From positions 53,198,001 through 53,262,000 of the forward strand of contig NC_058382.1 of the NCBI RefSeq assembly GCF_018350175.1: a stretch of 64,000 nucleotides of DNA, read 5' to 3'. Numbering within the stretch: the stretch's first letter is position 1; every line of letters begins with the position of its first letter. The notes below the pieces were generated by a model. It made no database searches. It had not been told where the DNA came from and was given only the letters and a program-made list of their open reading frames with translations. Positions 47,177-58,908 of the stretch are shown here, one piece after another. This DNA is from Felis catus. Its lineage: Eukaryota. A program made the position numbers and the translations under genes.

Positions 47177-49132
47177 AAGAAACAGACATAAAACAACAGA
47201 AACGACTGAAAGGAGGACTGTTTCCTGTTTGGGCCAACTCTGGAATTACCGTAACATGAAGAAAAAGAACGAGAAGGAGCCTTTTTACCCATGTGACATC
47301 GACTCCAAAGGTATGAATAATTCTCAAAGCACCCTTTGGGGAAAAACCCTATTTTATGACTCCGTATGCAAAAGGTTGATGTGAAGGGAAGGATAAAGAA
47401 AAAAAAAAAAAAAGATGCTCACTGTCTACGCAGACCTCACGTTTGTTAGATTCCCAAGACTTCATCACTGGAGAGAACCCTGGGAAGCTTGAACCGCCCA
47501 CCTCCCACACCAGGTCATCGGAAATGTCTACTGGCTCCAAGAGGCTCAGTCCCTTGTTCCTGATGGTAAAGGGCTCCCGCTTTTGTCTTTGCATATGGAT
47601 GAACCTCTCCAGCCTGCATTTTAAATGAGAGCCTTTCCACGCAGAGGATAAGACCCCGTGCTCACAACGAGGAGACACAAGGAAATTAGACAGGCTGTCA
47701 ATCCATGTATTTGAGAGGAATGTGGTTACAAATCGGGGGGAGAAGCATTTGCATTCGCAAGAATTGAAAAGTAGAAGCATCAGGCCTTAAAAAGTCTGTC
47801 CCTGGGGACCCACAGGAGTGGCACGGAGGCGTCTCTGGCACTGACACCATGAATCGCTCATCCCGCCCGTTCCCGTGTGGAAGAGCACGCAGAGAGCCAC
47901 CTGCGCTTTGACTTGGCTTTGCTGTTTACCAGCCAGCCGGGAACCGGGGCTGAATCTCTCTTCTGACCCTAGTTCTCTTCCCGTTAGAGGAGCAAGTGAA
48001 TCCTACCGCGAGGACTTCCGGGGGGACGGGTCTGGAGGAATGCGCCTTGCCCTGGAGGAATGCATCCAGAAATCTCAGGTCGCCCTCCACCCTGGCCCCT
48101 GCTCCCATCAGGTGCATAGGCCAGCAGGTTCTGGGGTCAGACTGTCTAGGATTGGAGCCTGGTCTTGTCACTTAGCCCCTGGGTGACCAGGGGCAAGTTC
48201 TGGAGCCCCTAAGAATGGGAAGCTGTGTGGGACCCTATAGTGACTCCTAAGTCTCCCCTGAGTGTGACCCTGGCGGTGAACATGATATCAGGAACACAGA
48301 TGTGCTTCTGTGGACGGCTGTTAGTATTTTATTATCACCACTGTCACTGTCATTAGGTAGAAAGTCCGAAAGAACCTGCCTTCTGGGCCATTTGTCAGTT
48401 ATCTTGTACTTTGTTTCTGGCCAAGGTGCCCGTGAACTTGGTGAGTCCGGGTATCTACGGCTATGTGTGCAAAGACAGACAGGCAGTTGTAGTTCAAATC
48501 CAAGGCAGGCATGCAAGACAAGGAAGTGGGTGGAATGACTTTGAGTGAGATCGAAAGGCCAAAGATGAACCACCGGGGAACCCGAACCTCTATGCGCTGG
48601 TGATTCTACAGGCTACCTGCCTGAACTGGTTAGCCTCTTTTCAAATATCTTGGACACAGGCTCCACTGGAAATCTCCCTTACTCTTGACTGAATAGCCAG
48701 ACCTTCACACGAGGCAGAAATCAAAACGGAGCCAGTAGACTTGAATCCATCAAAACTTTCTGTACCCGAGGAAACTCAAGACGTGTGTGGGCCGGGCTAG
48801 CATCCCACAGAGCTGCCAAAGAGGGAAATACTCTGTCTGAAAGTACGAGCTGTGTCTTAAGATTCTCTGGTTTTAATTGGATAAATAAATTATGGTGCAT
48901 TCATACAGTGCAACTCCCTGCAGCCTCTAAAAAGAATGCGACAGATCTCCACGTACCGGCATGAAAAGGTATCTCAGATGTACGGTTAAGTGAACGTAAA
49001 AATACATACACACATACACCTATACCCATACATAAATTTATTATAAGATTTGGGAACCCAGACCAAACTGTTGGAGACTCTGATTACTAAGTACTTTCTA
49101 AGTCACAGGCATTAGGAAATACAGATAGATAA

Positions 49133-49265
49133 TATACCTATATACCTATAGATCTCTCTCTCTCTATATATATATATATATACATATATATCTATCTATA
49201 TCTATATATCTATATATCTATATAATCTATGTATATCTATATATATCTATGTATCTATATATCTA

Positions 49266-49320
<55 letters not shown>

Positions 49321-49340
49321 ATATCTCTCTCTATATATAC
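49133..49340. repeat. Compound (TC)n/(TA)n/(TCTA)n/(TG)n microsatellite
   Basis: Direct reading. Confidence 0.95.
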
Positions 49341-50101
49341 ATTTCTTTTGTAATGACAACAACGTGGTGTCCATGAAGATATGAAGGTGAAATGATGCTG
49401 GTATTTGTAACTGTCAGGGTCCCTCTTCTGGGCTGTCATGTCCCCCAGCAGTGGTGGCTGCCCAGGGCTCTCTGAGGAGGGGAGGGCGGGGGAGGGAACA
49501 GGCACCCTGGTTTCTGGAGGATGTTGGATCTCGTTATTGGTAGACACAGAGTCCAAACTGTGATAACAAGGAGAAAGAAGAGGGACAGGCTGGAGAAATC
49601 AGGTTCAGAATCAGAGAAAATGGCAACAAGCATCTATAAAAGGGACTGTGTCACACGCAGTCGAAATTCAGAGAACAGAAACGGAAGCGGAGGCGGGAGG
49701 GGAGGGCGAGCGTACGACAGAACTCTCTGGAAGCCCACCAGCCTGAGGTGTCATGGCAAGAACCTCGCTCTGTCTCTCGGGGGCAGCTCTGACTGCTCAA
49801 AGCATCGGTGAGGACCAGACAGGAGGGCACAGCCAGTCTCACAAACAGGGCAAACCCCGAGCAGGTGCTGGGGGAGCCAGTGACCAGGACACAGGGAGCT
49901 GCCTGGAGAAATGAACCAGAGCCCGGATAGGAGGATGGAGAGGAGGTCAGCCAAACGAACGGGCAAACAAAAATCTTTCCCAAGGTGAGGATTGCATCCT
50001 TAGTGCAGATTCCTTTTGTGGAGGGGGGGGGGGGTACACAAATCAGGCTAAGAACCAGACTAGCAGCCCTGGGTCCCCATCGGTTCTGAGGCAGTCGTTC
50101 G

Positions 50102-50190
50102 GCACATCCGGCCGGTGGAATCGAACATCCGGCCGGGGGAATCGAACATCCGGCCGGGGGAATCGCACATCCGGCCGGTGGAATCGAACA
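50102..50190. repeat. 21-bp minisatellite, about 4.2 copies
   Basis: Unit G(C/A)ACATCCGGCCGG(T/G)GGAATC at 50102, 50123, 50144, 50165 plus a partial copy. Confidence 0.97.
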
Positions 50191-50811
50191 CCACTCTCCC
50201 ACTCAGAACCTCGGTTTTGGGTCCCAGGTCTCCCCTCCCCCCACCTCCCCTGCTATAAATGAACCCATATGCCAGCATATGGAACCACTAGCACCTAACA
50301 AAATGAAAAATGTTCTGCTCCAGACGCGTAAATGAGGCCCACTGATGAACAGTTTTTCTTAAGAGGATTTGCTTACCTAAACCCAATAAACCGAGCCCTG
50401 GAAAGTCTCATCCTATCAGGCCGTTACCTGCCCATGTAAGCCTTGGGATAGAGCTGGCTAAAGAGATACGAGGTGGGCGGTGGAGAAGCTCTTCATGTTA
50501 AAGAAAGGGAGGGAAGGGGAATTTTTCTGAGCGACATTCCCACCTAGTCTGGCTGTGGGCACAGCCCCTCCACCCAGCCAGACCTTCACAAACCGCACCT
50601 TTGCTTACCACCACCTCCCCCCCTTTTTTTTTCTTTGACATGGTCTGGAAACGTGAATTGGGACATGAGAGTCCAGCCTGGTCACCCCAGCCCAATTAAT
50701 TAACTAACTTAATTAATTAGATGTCAAACTTAAAATATTCCCCCCAGACCAACAAATCTCAGACCACATTGCAAAGTTCTTTGTGAATGGAAACAACTTA
50801 TTTAAAAAGAG

Positions 50812-51020
50812 TTTTTAATGTCTATCTATTTTGGAGACAGAGAGAGACAGAGCATGAGCTGGGGAGGGGCAGAGAGAGAGGGGGGACACAGAATCCCAAG
50901 CAGGCTCCAGGGTCCGAGCTGTCAGCACAGAGCCCCACGCGGGGCTCGAACCCACGGACTGCGAGATCATGGCCTGAGCCGAAGTCAGATGCTCAACCGA
51001 CTGAGCCACCCAGGCGCCCC
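50812..51020 (-). mobile_element. Can-SINE
   Basis: T-rich tail, (GA)n, ends ctgagccacccaggcgcccc. Confidence 0.95.
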
Positions 51021-51165
51021 AAGATACCCAAATTTTAAATAAAGACAGAGTCTGAGGCTGTTTTCATGTCACCGTCTCTCATCCCATTCAGTCCCAGGCC
51101 TTCATTCACTGTACCTAACAGAACAAACAAAGATGCTTTTGACTTAGGAACTCACCTCTCTGCCC

Positions 51166-51248
51166 TGTGTGTGTGCGTGTGTGTGTATGTGTGTGTGTAT
51201 GTAGGGAGATATACACACACACGCACACACACACACACACGCACGCAC
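51166..51248. repeat. (TG)n-spacer-(CA)n inverted microsatellite
   Basis: TG tract 51166-51200, about 10-nt spacer, CA tract 51211-51248. Confidence 0.9.
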
Positions 51249-51938
51249 CCAAGAGAAATGCTTTCACCAAGAGACACATATAAGAACTTCACAGCAGCCC
51301 CAGAGAAAAACAACCGAAAGGCCTATCGGCAGTAAAAAGGTTAAGTCCACTGGGGTCTAGCCTTTCACTAGCCACTCAGCAGTGGGAAAACACCAACCAC
51401 AGGTACAGGACCGTGCAATGAATCCCACATGGGTGTTTTCGCTCTGTGAAAATGCCCTTGATCTGTTCTCCCTTCTGTATGTAAGTCACACTTTAATGAC
51501 ACTACTTAGGAAAATAAAAAAAAAAAAAATAGAAGCCAACGACAGCTGACGACTCTTGCATTCACGTGTGCTCCTGGTGGCAACGTCCTCTTTACATACG
51601 TGGACCTGGAAGAAGGATGTTTCCTTTCACGTTTCTTGAGACGACACGTTTCAGTGGAAGATTTTCTCCTCTCCAAAGCCTTATCGGGAACAGAGATCTC
51701 ACCCTCAGTCTCTAATTCTCTGTGGATGGGTATTAATAAAAACGGAATGTTCTTTCCGGAGGTCCGCAATCCCTGGTGCTATCCGGATTTCCCTGAAAAT
51801 CGGGCTCTTTCAAAAGGCCACGGATTTACGGTCTTTGGGTTATTTCAGGGGTGCCAGCAAAGGCTAAACCCCTCCACCGCTATTTCCAAAGCCTTCTATC
51901 ACACTACCCTAGCCAGCTTCCGGGGCTGCTGAGCGCAG

Positions 51939-52561
51939 CTGTACTCCTTTTCTACCGCTGCCGTAACAAATAACAGTAAACTTAGCGGACGCAAACCACA
52001 CGAATTAATGGTATTACAGTTCTGGAGGTCAGAAGTCCCGTATGGATTCCAGCAAATAGAAATTGAAGGGTTAGCAAGCTGTGCTCCTTTCTGGGAGCTC
52101 TCGGGGACAGTCAGTCTCGCCCACTCAGGTTGTAGCAGACTTAAGCTCCACGTGGTTGTAGGACTGTGATGCTGCCGGCTCAGATCTGTTTCCCTACCGG
52201 CTGCGAGCGGGGGTGGCTCCTGCCTGTGAAAAGCCTCTCTCTGGTCCTGGCACATATCCCTCTCCTCCTCGGGATTAGCCAGGGGGCTCTGAATCTCTCT
52301 CAAGCTTCCACCATGGGGACCTTCTTCTGTCACCAGCTCGCTCTCTGAGCGCACCTAGGAAAAGTTCTCCGTTTTTAAGTGATCGGAATGGACCTGCCCA
52401 GGTCATCCCAAAGAATCCCCTGATTCCTAAGGTCTGTGAGTCCAGTCAATCACAGCTGCAAACTCTGTCACCTCCCTTGTGGCCGTGTGAGGGAACATGC
52501 TCACGGGCTCCAGAGGTGGGGGCATGGGCATCTTTGGGGTGGCATTATTCCGTGTACCACC
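51939..52561 (-). mobile_element. MaLR solo LTR (MLT1D/E-like)
   Basis: gctgccgtaacaaataac...ttacagttctggaggtcagaagtcc...ggcatctttggggtggcattatt...taccac. Confidence 0.85.
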
Positions 52562-55004
52562 CCTGTGACAATGGCTCCTTTCTCAATGGTTTTTACACTA
52601 TCTGAGTCTTTTGATAGTCAAAATCCTCCGGGTTCATTGACCCAGAAGAAAGAAAAAGAGGCAAGACACGGAAAGGACTTCGCTGGGGGGAAGTGGTCTT
52701 TACATAGGTCCATTCGTTCGACAGATAATCTGAGTGACAACCGACAACCAGCTCTGGGCACCGTGGATCTTGCGAGGAACAAAGCAGAAAACTCTCTGCC
52801 CTCACTGAGCCTCTGCTGTAGTGGGAAAGAGAGGACATACAAATAGATCGTTCAAATATATGATGTGATACGTACCCTCTAAAATGCTTCCCAGTGATTC
52901 CCACTGGGTCCTTCCCCAGTCGAGCCTTGAGATGACCACAGTCCTGGCCACTATCTTGGTCACAGCCTTGTTAAGATTCCATGAGCTAGAAGATCTAGGT
53001 AGGCCGTACTCCGGCTTCTGATCCACAAAAATTCTGAGATCATGCTGTTGTGTTAAGCCACTAAATATTGCAGTATTCGTTATGCAGGACTAGCTAACCA
53101 TGTATTAGGTCAGATGTTGACAACTCTTAGTAGGAAAAAAAAAAAGGAGTCAGAGAGGCGACTAAGAAATTCTAAAAGAGAGCTGGGCTGCATTTTGGAA
53201 CAAGTTCATCTGGGAAGATCCCACGTGACAAAACAGGTTTGTGACTGAAGCTTCTGGACAGTTACAATTTCTGGGCAGGCTGGGGCTGTAGCCTTGACCA
53301 GTACAACCAGCAGCCTTACAACTGTCCCGCAGTGTGGGTCTCAAAGACACAACCTGAATTCTCCTACTGTACTTTATTACTCTCCCGGCAGGACACTCCC
53401 TGGGCTCCGTTATCACAGCTGCTACTCGAAATTCCCCGAGTTTTATTAACAGAGCAGTTTCTTGCTGTGTGGTGTTATATAACACACCTTGTCGATCTGC
53501 CTCCATCTACGCAGATCAAGAATTCCACACGGTCTTAGTTTGCAAAGGAGGGGTTCACCTAAGGAGGGTGTCCTCTTAAAAATGCAGATGACAGAGTCCA
53601 GACATGCTGTAAATTGCAGGCAGATATGACAAACGAGAGGAAAATAAACACCAATGTGAAAAGAAGCAGGTGTTCCGGGGATCCTCAGAGCGGTTTTCAG
53701 CATGCGAGCCTACGGCACATGCAAATTCCTCTTTACCGCCAAGCGTGCTTTGATTTTCCAGAATCTGAGGGTCCAATCGTGATAAATCCCCACGATGATT
53801 TCTTTGGCGTGCAAGTTACAACTGCAGGTTCTATATGGTAGCAGTGGGCCTGAGAATATTGGTCGACGTAATTCTTGGTCTTGGTTGAGGCAGAAGCTTA
53901 AGCGAGCGTAACGATTTATATGATCAAATAAAAACTTCTGAATAATAATAATGATAACAACAACAACAATAAAAACATCTTCCCTCCACCTCCCAACTCT
54001 CTCAAGTCATTTAGTGCCTCTGCCAAAATACAACGCCTCTGGGTTGACTGCATTGTAAAGTCCTAAATGGTGGTGTGTAAATTCTCTCTCTCCTTTACGA
54101 AGGAAGTTTGAGAAAAAGGTAAAGGATTAATTGACCTCTTATCGTATGGCTGTTTTCACGGCTGAAGGTACAGGCCTCTTCTTGGAAGTCACCCCTCTGA
54201 GATGCCTCTCTTGGCTCAACCAGGACCCAGTCAGGTACTTTGTGTGCCCGTCCATCTTCCCATTCCTCCTGTGTCCTTTGTCCCTGTGAGCTGGGGATGA
54301 CTCCCGGGAGACTCAGTGTCATGTACAGTTGTGTCAGTTGTGCACTGCACAAGTGACATACAGTCCTTGTTGCACGTGCTAAGCCATGCCCTATGCCCAG
54401 AGGGACGGGGTGCCTTTATCTAATTCATCCTCGTCGTCCCATATGGGCCCCTCCTGCATCAGGAGTTTGGTGAGGTCTAGACCAGTGGGCTCATCCTGTT
54501 CACTGTTTGAGCCCCAGCACCTGGGACAATTCTAGGCATATAATCAATACTCATTAAATAGGTGCTTATGAATTACTGAATGGATTAATTAATTCATTGG
54601 AAGAGACAACACGACAGTAAACAGAAAGCCGCTGAGTTTTTCACAGAAAATCAGAGAAATCTCCGGCTATAGTGAACCTGTAAATCCCCGAATTCTATTC
54701 ATTCCTCATGTATTTACTTGTCTGTTTCCCATTTACTCACTTAGTACCTAAGAGACATCATTCAGGGGCACACAGATGACGAAAACAAAGGGAGAGGAGA
54801 TCAAGAAAAGATGAATTTCCATTTTCTTCTGTCCCTGCTTCCAGATGAAATCAACAGTACTGGGATGACATGTGCGATTTTTGGAGAAATGATCGAGCCT
54901 TGAGCCTTGGTGACCCGCCAAGTGAGGTGTCACCAAGTTTCTGGCCTCCTGGCTGCAGTACGTGCACGCATTCACCAAGACTATAACCTAGAACAGCTTA
55001 GGTC

Positions 55005-55290
55005 GAGAGCCGATCAACTTTCTCTGTAAGGAACTAGATAGTAAACATTGTAGAGTTCGCAGGCCTGTGTGGTCCCTGTCACAACTACCCAACTCTGCCA
55101 TGGTAGCACAAAAACATAGACAATATGTCAACAAGCAGATGTGGCTGTGTTCCGATAAAACTTTATTCGTAGGCACTGACATTGGAATCTCATGTAATTT
55201 TCATGTGTCCCGAAGTCCTGCCCTTTTAAGAAATTTACTTTCGACGATGTAAACAGGCTGCAGGCCAAGTTCGGCCCATGGGCCAGAGGG
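55005..55290. mobile_element. MER58B-like hAT DNA transposon fossil
   Basis: aactttctctgtaagg...tagatagtaaacattg...ctgtcacaactacccaactctgcc...gtggctgtgttccgataaaactttatt. Confidence 0.85.
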
Positions 55291-56152
55291 GGCCAAGTCC
55301 CGCCCTCGACAGCGCTTCCCTGGTGCTGGACGCTGTTCCGAGGGCTTATCCACGTTCAACCCACACAGCCCTGCGGGGGCTGTTACCATCCCAGTTTCGC
55401 ACACGGGGACAGAAACAGAGGGGTTAAGGAGCTACCTCACGTCCACATGCCTAGTTGGTGGAGACACCGGGCTTCGAACCCACGCGGTCCAGCACCAGCC
55501 CCTTGCATGGAACCACCACGCACCCTCGCCCAGCGCAAAACTCTTAGAGCTCTAAGAAGGTGTGGATGCCCCAGTCACAGGCTCGTTTGTGTTTTCATGC
55601 ATTCATCGAGGTATAAAGAGACACCTTAGCACCGTCCTTGACTTTGAGGAAAAGGCACGACAGAAGTGTGGACGCGAGACGTCAGGAGGACATCTTCCTA
55701 GGTTTTTCAAGCCTCATAGAGGAAGACGGATAGGAAGCAGCCCCACGTGGATAAGGCGTTACGGACGTTCCGGGGGGACCATCATACGCTCCGACTCCCA
55801 AAACCATTACAGGGTCTGTTTGTAAACTCATCCGTCTTAGTCAGCTTTTGCCGCAGTAACAAAAGCCCCCTGGAGTTCCCTGACAGAGAGCAATACGCAC
55901 GTGTCACCACACAACACCAGTTTGTGACTTGGCCGTGTCTGCTCTACCCCTGACCCTGTAGGTCAGGTTGGATCTGCTCCTCCTGGGTCTCACTCTGGTC
56001 CCAGAACACGGGAGCAGCCACCATCTGGGACAGACTGGTCTCACGGCGGAGGGGCCAGGGTGCCGGACGCGAGAGCAGAGTTGCACGGATTCCCAAAGAC
56101 AACTCCGCCCACTCTAGCGAGAGGCAGTCCAAAACCACACGGTTTGGAGACT

Positions 56153-56602
56153 ACCAGGGGCTGAATGGTGACTCCCCAAAAAAGACACACCCCTGTCTTA
56201 AGAGCCTCGGAATCTGTGGCCATCGCATTCTGTGACGAAAGACCTGACTAAGCAAACGATCTGAGAAGAAGAATTTATCCTGGATTGCACCAGGTGGCCC
56301 TGACCGCAACCTCACACATCCTTGTAGGAGAGAGGCAGAGGGAGCGTCAAGACCGACACAGAGGAGAGGCGACGAGAAGGCAGAGCCGAGATGCCTCCAC
56401 AAGCCAAGGAACGCCAACAGCAGCCCTAAGTGGGGAGAGGCAAGGCACACGCTCCCCTCGAGAGCCTCCAAAGCGAAGGGGGCCCTGCCAGCATCGAACC
56501 GTCAGACTTCTGGCCTCCAGAGCTGTCAGGGAATGAATCACTGTTGGCTCAAACCACCCGGTTTGTGGTGACCTGTTAGAGCCGCCGCAGGAAACTCCAG
56601 CA
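56153..56602 (+). mobile_element. MaLR solo LTR (MLT1C-like), apparently nested in an older minus-strand MLT1 (about 55830-56790)
   Basis: gggctgaatggtgactcccc...tatcctggatt...ccacaagccaaggaacgcc...cagacttctggcctccagagctgt...gtttgtggt...gcaggaaact. Confidence 0.8.
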
Positions 56603-57324
56603 GAAGTTCAACCCGATTCAAGAGAAGTGGGTTGGCCGAAGGCCCATCTGCCACCCCATTAACATTCACGACCAGCGCCAGCTCCCAGGTGGCGCACGGC
56701 CTTTGGGGTTCGGCCACCCTCTGTCTGCACAGTAGACATCCAGGCTGTGGTAACCTACAGGCGGGTCCCAACAAGACCTCCACCTGCAGAAAGTGTCATA
56801 GCCCAGCGGTCACTTGTCATGCGAGCTCCCCTGCCCCCAGACGCCCCCTCTCGCTCTGCTCCAAGCCACTGTCTCTTCACCGCAGGTTGGAGATTACGAA
56901 CCCACCAGTCTCTTGGAGAGGCTGGATGGTTCCAGGCAGAAAGGGAACCCAAGGAAATCGTCTTTCCACCTCTCCCGTGCTCAGAGCACACTCCCCGGGA
57001 AGCTACTTGGGCTCGTCTTCCGGAGAAAGTCTACTAGGAAGGCATCGGTGTGGTTTTTTTTCACCATAGAAGTAGAAGAGGCATCAGCGTTTCCTGCTGG
57101 AAGCCGGAGGGGTCACTGAGGCTGCTGCTTCTCATTCCCTGGAGGGAAGGCACGTCCAGAACTTCTCAGAGGGTGTCTAGAAGAATCTCACGTGCTGACT
57201 CAAATACCGTGAACCCAGTCTCTCTGGGAAGAGAAGTCACCTCCCAGGTCCCATGGTATTCCTACATCGCGATCACGAACGGGTTTCTTGTTTCTAGAAC
57301 CAGAAGGCGTCTTACCCAGCACCC

Positions 57325-57580
57325 GTGCACTGGTTGCCTCGGGCTGCCACAAAGGATGCCCCTCACGTGCGACTTAAAGCAACAGAAATGTTTTCTCTCA
57401 CTGTTCTGGAGGCCAGGAGTTCTAGGTGGTATGTATCCATTGGGATTAGACCAACCCAAGGTATCAGCAGGGCCATAACCTCCTCAATCAGCTCTAGGGA
57501 AGACTTCTCGCGTCTTCCAGCTTCTACAACGGATTTCCAAATGACATTACCTTCTGAGGTTCTCGGTGGGCATGCCCATC
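57325..57580 (-). mobile_element. MaLR LTR fragment (MLT1-like)
   Basis: gggctgccacaaag...cttaaagcaacagaaatgttttctctcactgttctggaggccaggagt. Confidence 0.75.
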
Positions 57581-58485
57581 AAAACCCATCGCAGGTGGCA
57601 ACAGGTCTCTTCTGCTTTCTGTTGGTAACGAATGTACTAGAAGACTATATATTAGCCCACAGCAGAATGCCTCGCTCCGTTCAAAGCCTCGGATTTTCCC
57701 GATTGGTAAACGCTCACGACATATCAAATCTCAAGGAGCCGCCCCGATCCCCTAACTTCAGCGTTGATGCTAAAATTATGCTGAATGTCAAAATTACATC
57801 AAACAACTGCACTTATTTCCACCAGAAAAATTTGATTATTTCACTTTGATTTACATGGCATCTTCTCCCCCCTCTCCTATAAATGCTGACTTTGAAATCC
57901 CCTTCAGCACCGGACAATGAGAAACAGGCTGTGTTTTCGACGGGAAAGAAAGCTTTCATTATATTTGATACTGCATTTTTCTCCCCTTGATTTGAATGTT
58001 ATAATTGGATTGGGGAGATATTTATTAGGAACTCTGTGTTTCCCCCCCCCCCCAACTGCTTGAAGGGCATCTCTTAATTTGCTTCTCTCTTTGGACTTCT
58101 GAGAAGTGGCTGTGAGGTATTATTCCCAACAAAACTCATTTCTTTCAAACATTTATTTAAGGGTATCATTTTCTTAATAATCTGAGGATAATTCAGAATA
58201 ATTTCCACCACCGCTGCAATTTTTAACTTCAATGGAATGTATGTCACCTGCCCTGCCTCCCGGTTCCCTCCCTCGAGGCCCTCAGCACCAGCAACGTGAT
58301 ACTGTGCAGGCAGGGCACACAGAGGAAGGAGTTCTGGCCTGTGGGATCTCAAGAGTTCCAACAGCCTAGCTGCTGACTAGCCTAGCACAAGCCTGCTGGC
58401 CTCAGTTTCCCCACCCCTGAAGTAAAATTAACCTTAATGAGCAGCCTTAGACTTTTAAACCTTCTGTTCCATCTGTATCTCTTCA

Positions 58486-58908
58486 TTTTTATTCATTCAT
58501 TCATTCATTCATTCATTCACATTTTGGAGGAGAGGGGCAGAGAGAGAGCGAGCCTTTTTTTTTTTTTAATTTCTAATGTTTATTTTTGAGAGAGAGAGAC
58601 AGAGTGTGAGCGGGAGAGGGGCAGAGAGAGAGAGCAAGACACAGAATCCGAAGCAGGCTCCAGGCTCTGAGCCATCAGCATAGAGCCCGACGCGGGGCTT
58701 GAACTCACAAGCTGTGAGATCATGACCTGAACCAAAGTCAGATGCTCAACTGACTGAGCCACCCAGGCGCCCCGAGCGAGCGAATCTTAAGCAGGCTCCA
58801 TGCTCAGCACAGAGCCCGACGCGGGGCTCAACCCCACAACCCTGGGTCACGACGTGAGGCAAAAATCAAGAGTTGGACGCTGAACCCACTGAGCCACCCA
58901 GGCTCCCC
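58486..58908 (-). mobile_element. Older Can-SINE interrupted by a second Can-SINE
   Basis: (ATTC)n tail and GA tract 58486-58553; remainder gaatcttaagcaggctcc...gagccacccaggctcccc 58774-58908. Confidence 0.9.
58554..58773 (-). mobile_element. Can-SINE nested in an older SINE
   Basis: Complete element flanked by GAGCGAGC at 58546-58553 and 58774-58781. Confidence 0.95.

Noticed and set aside
50102..50190. CRISPR-like direct repeats
   Set aside because: Units are contiguous with no spacers, the DNA is mammalian and there are no cas genes; it is a minisatellite
56680..56700. CTCF-like motif (CTCCCAGGTGGCGC) and similar partial matches near 27302 and 51560
   Set aside because: Imperfect matches that cannot be separated from background without PWM scoring or ChIP data
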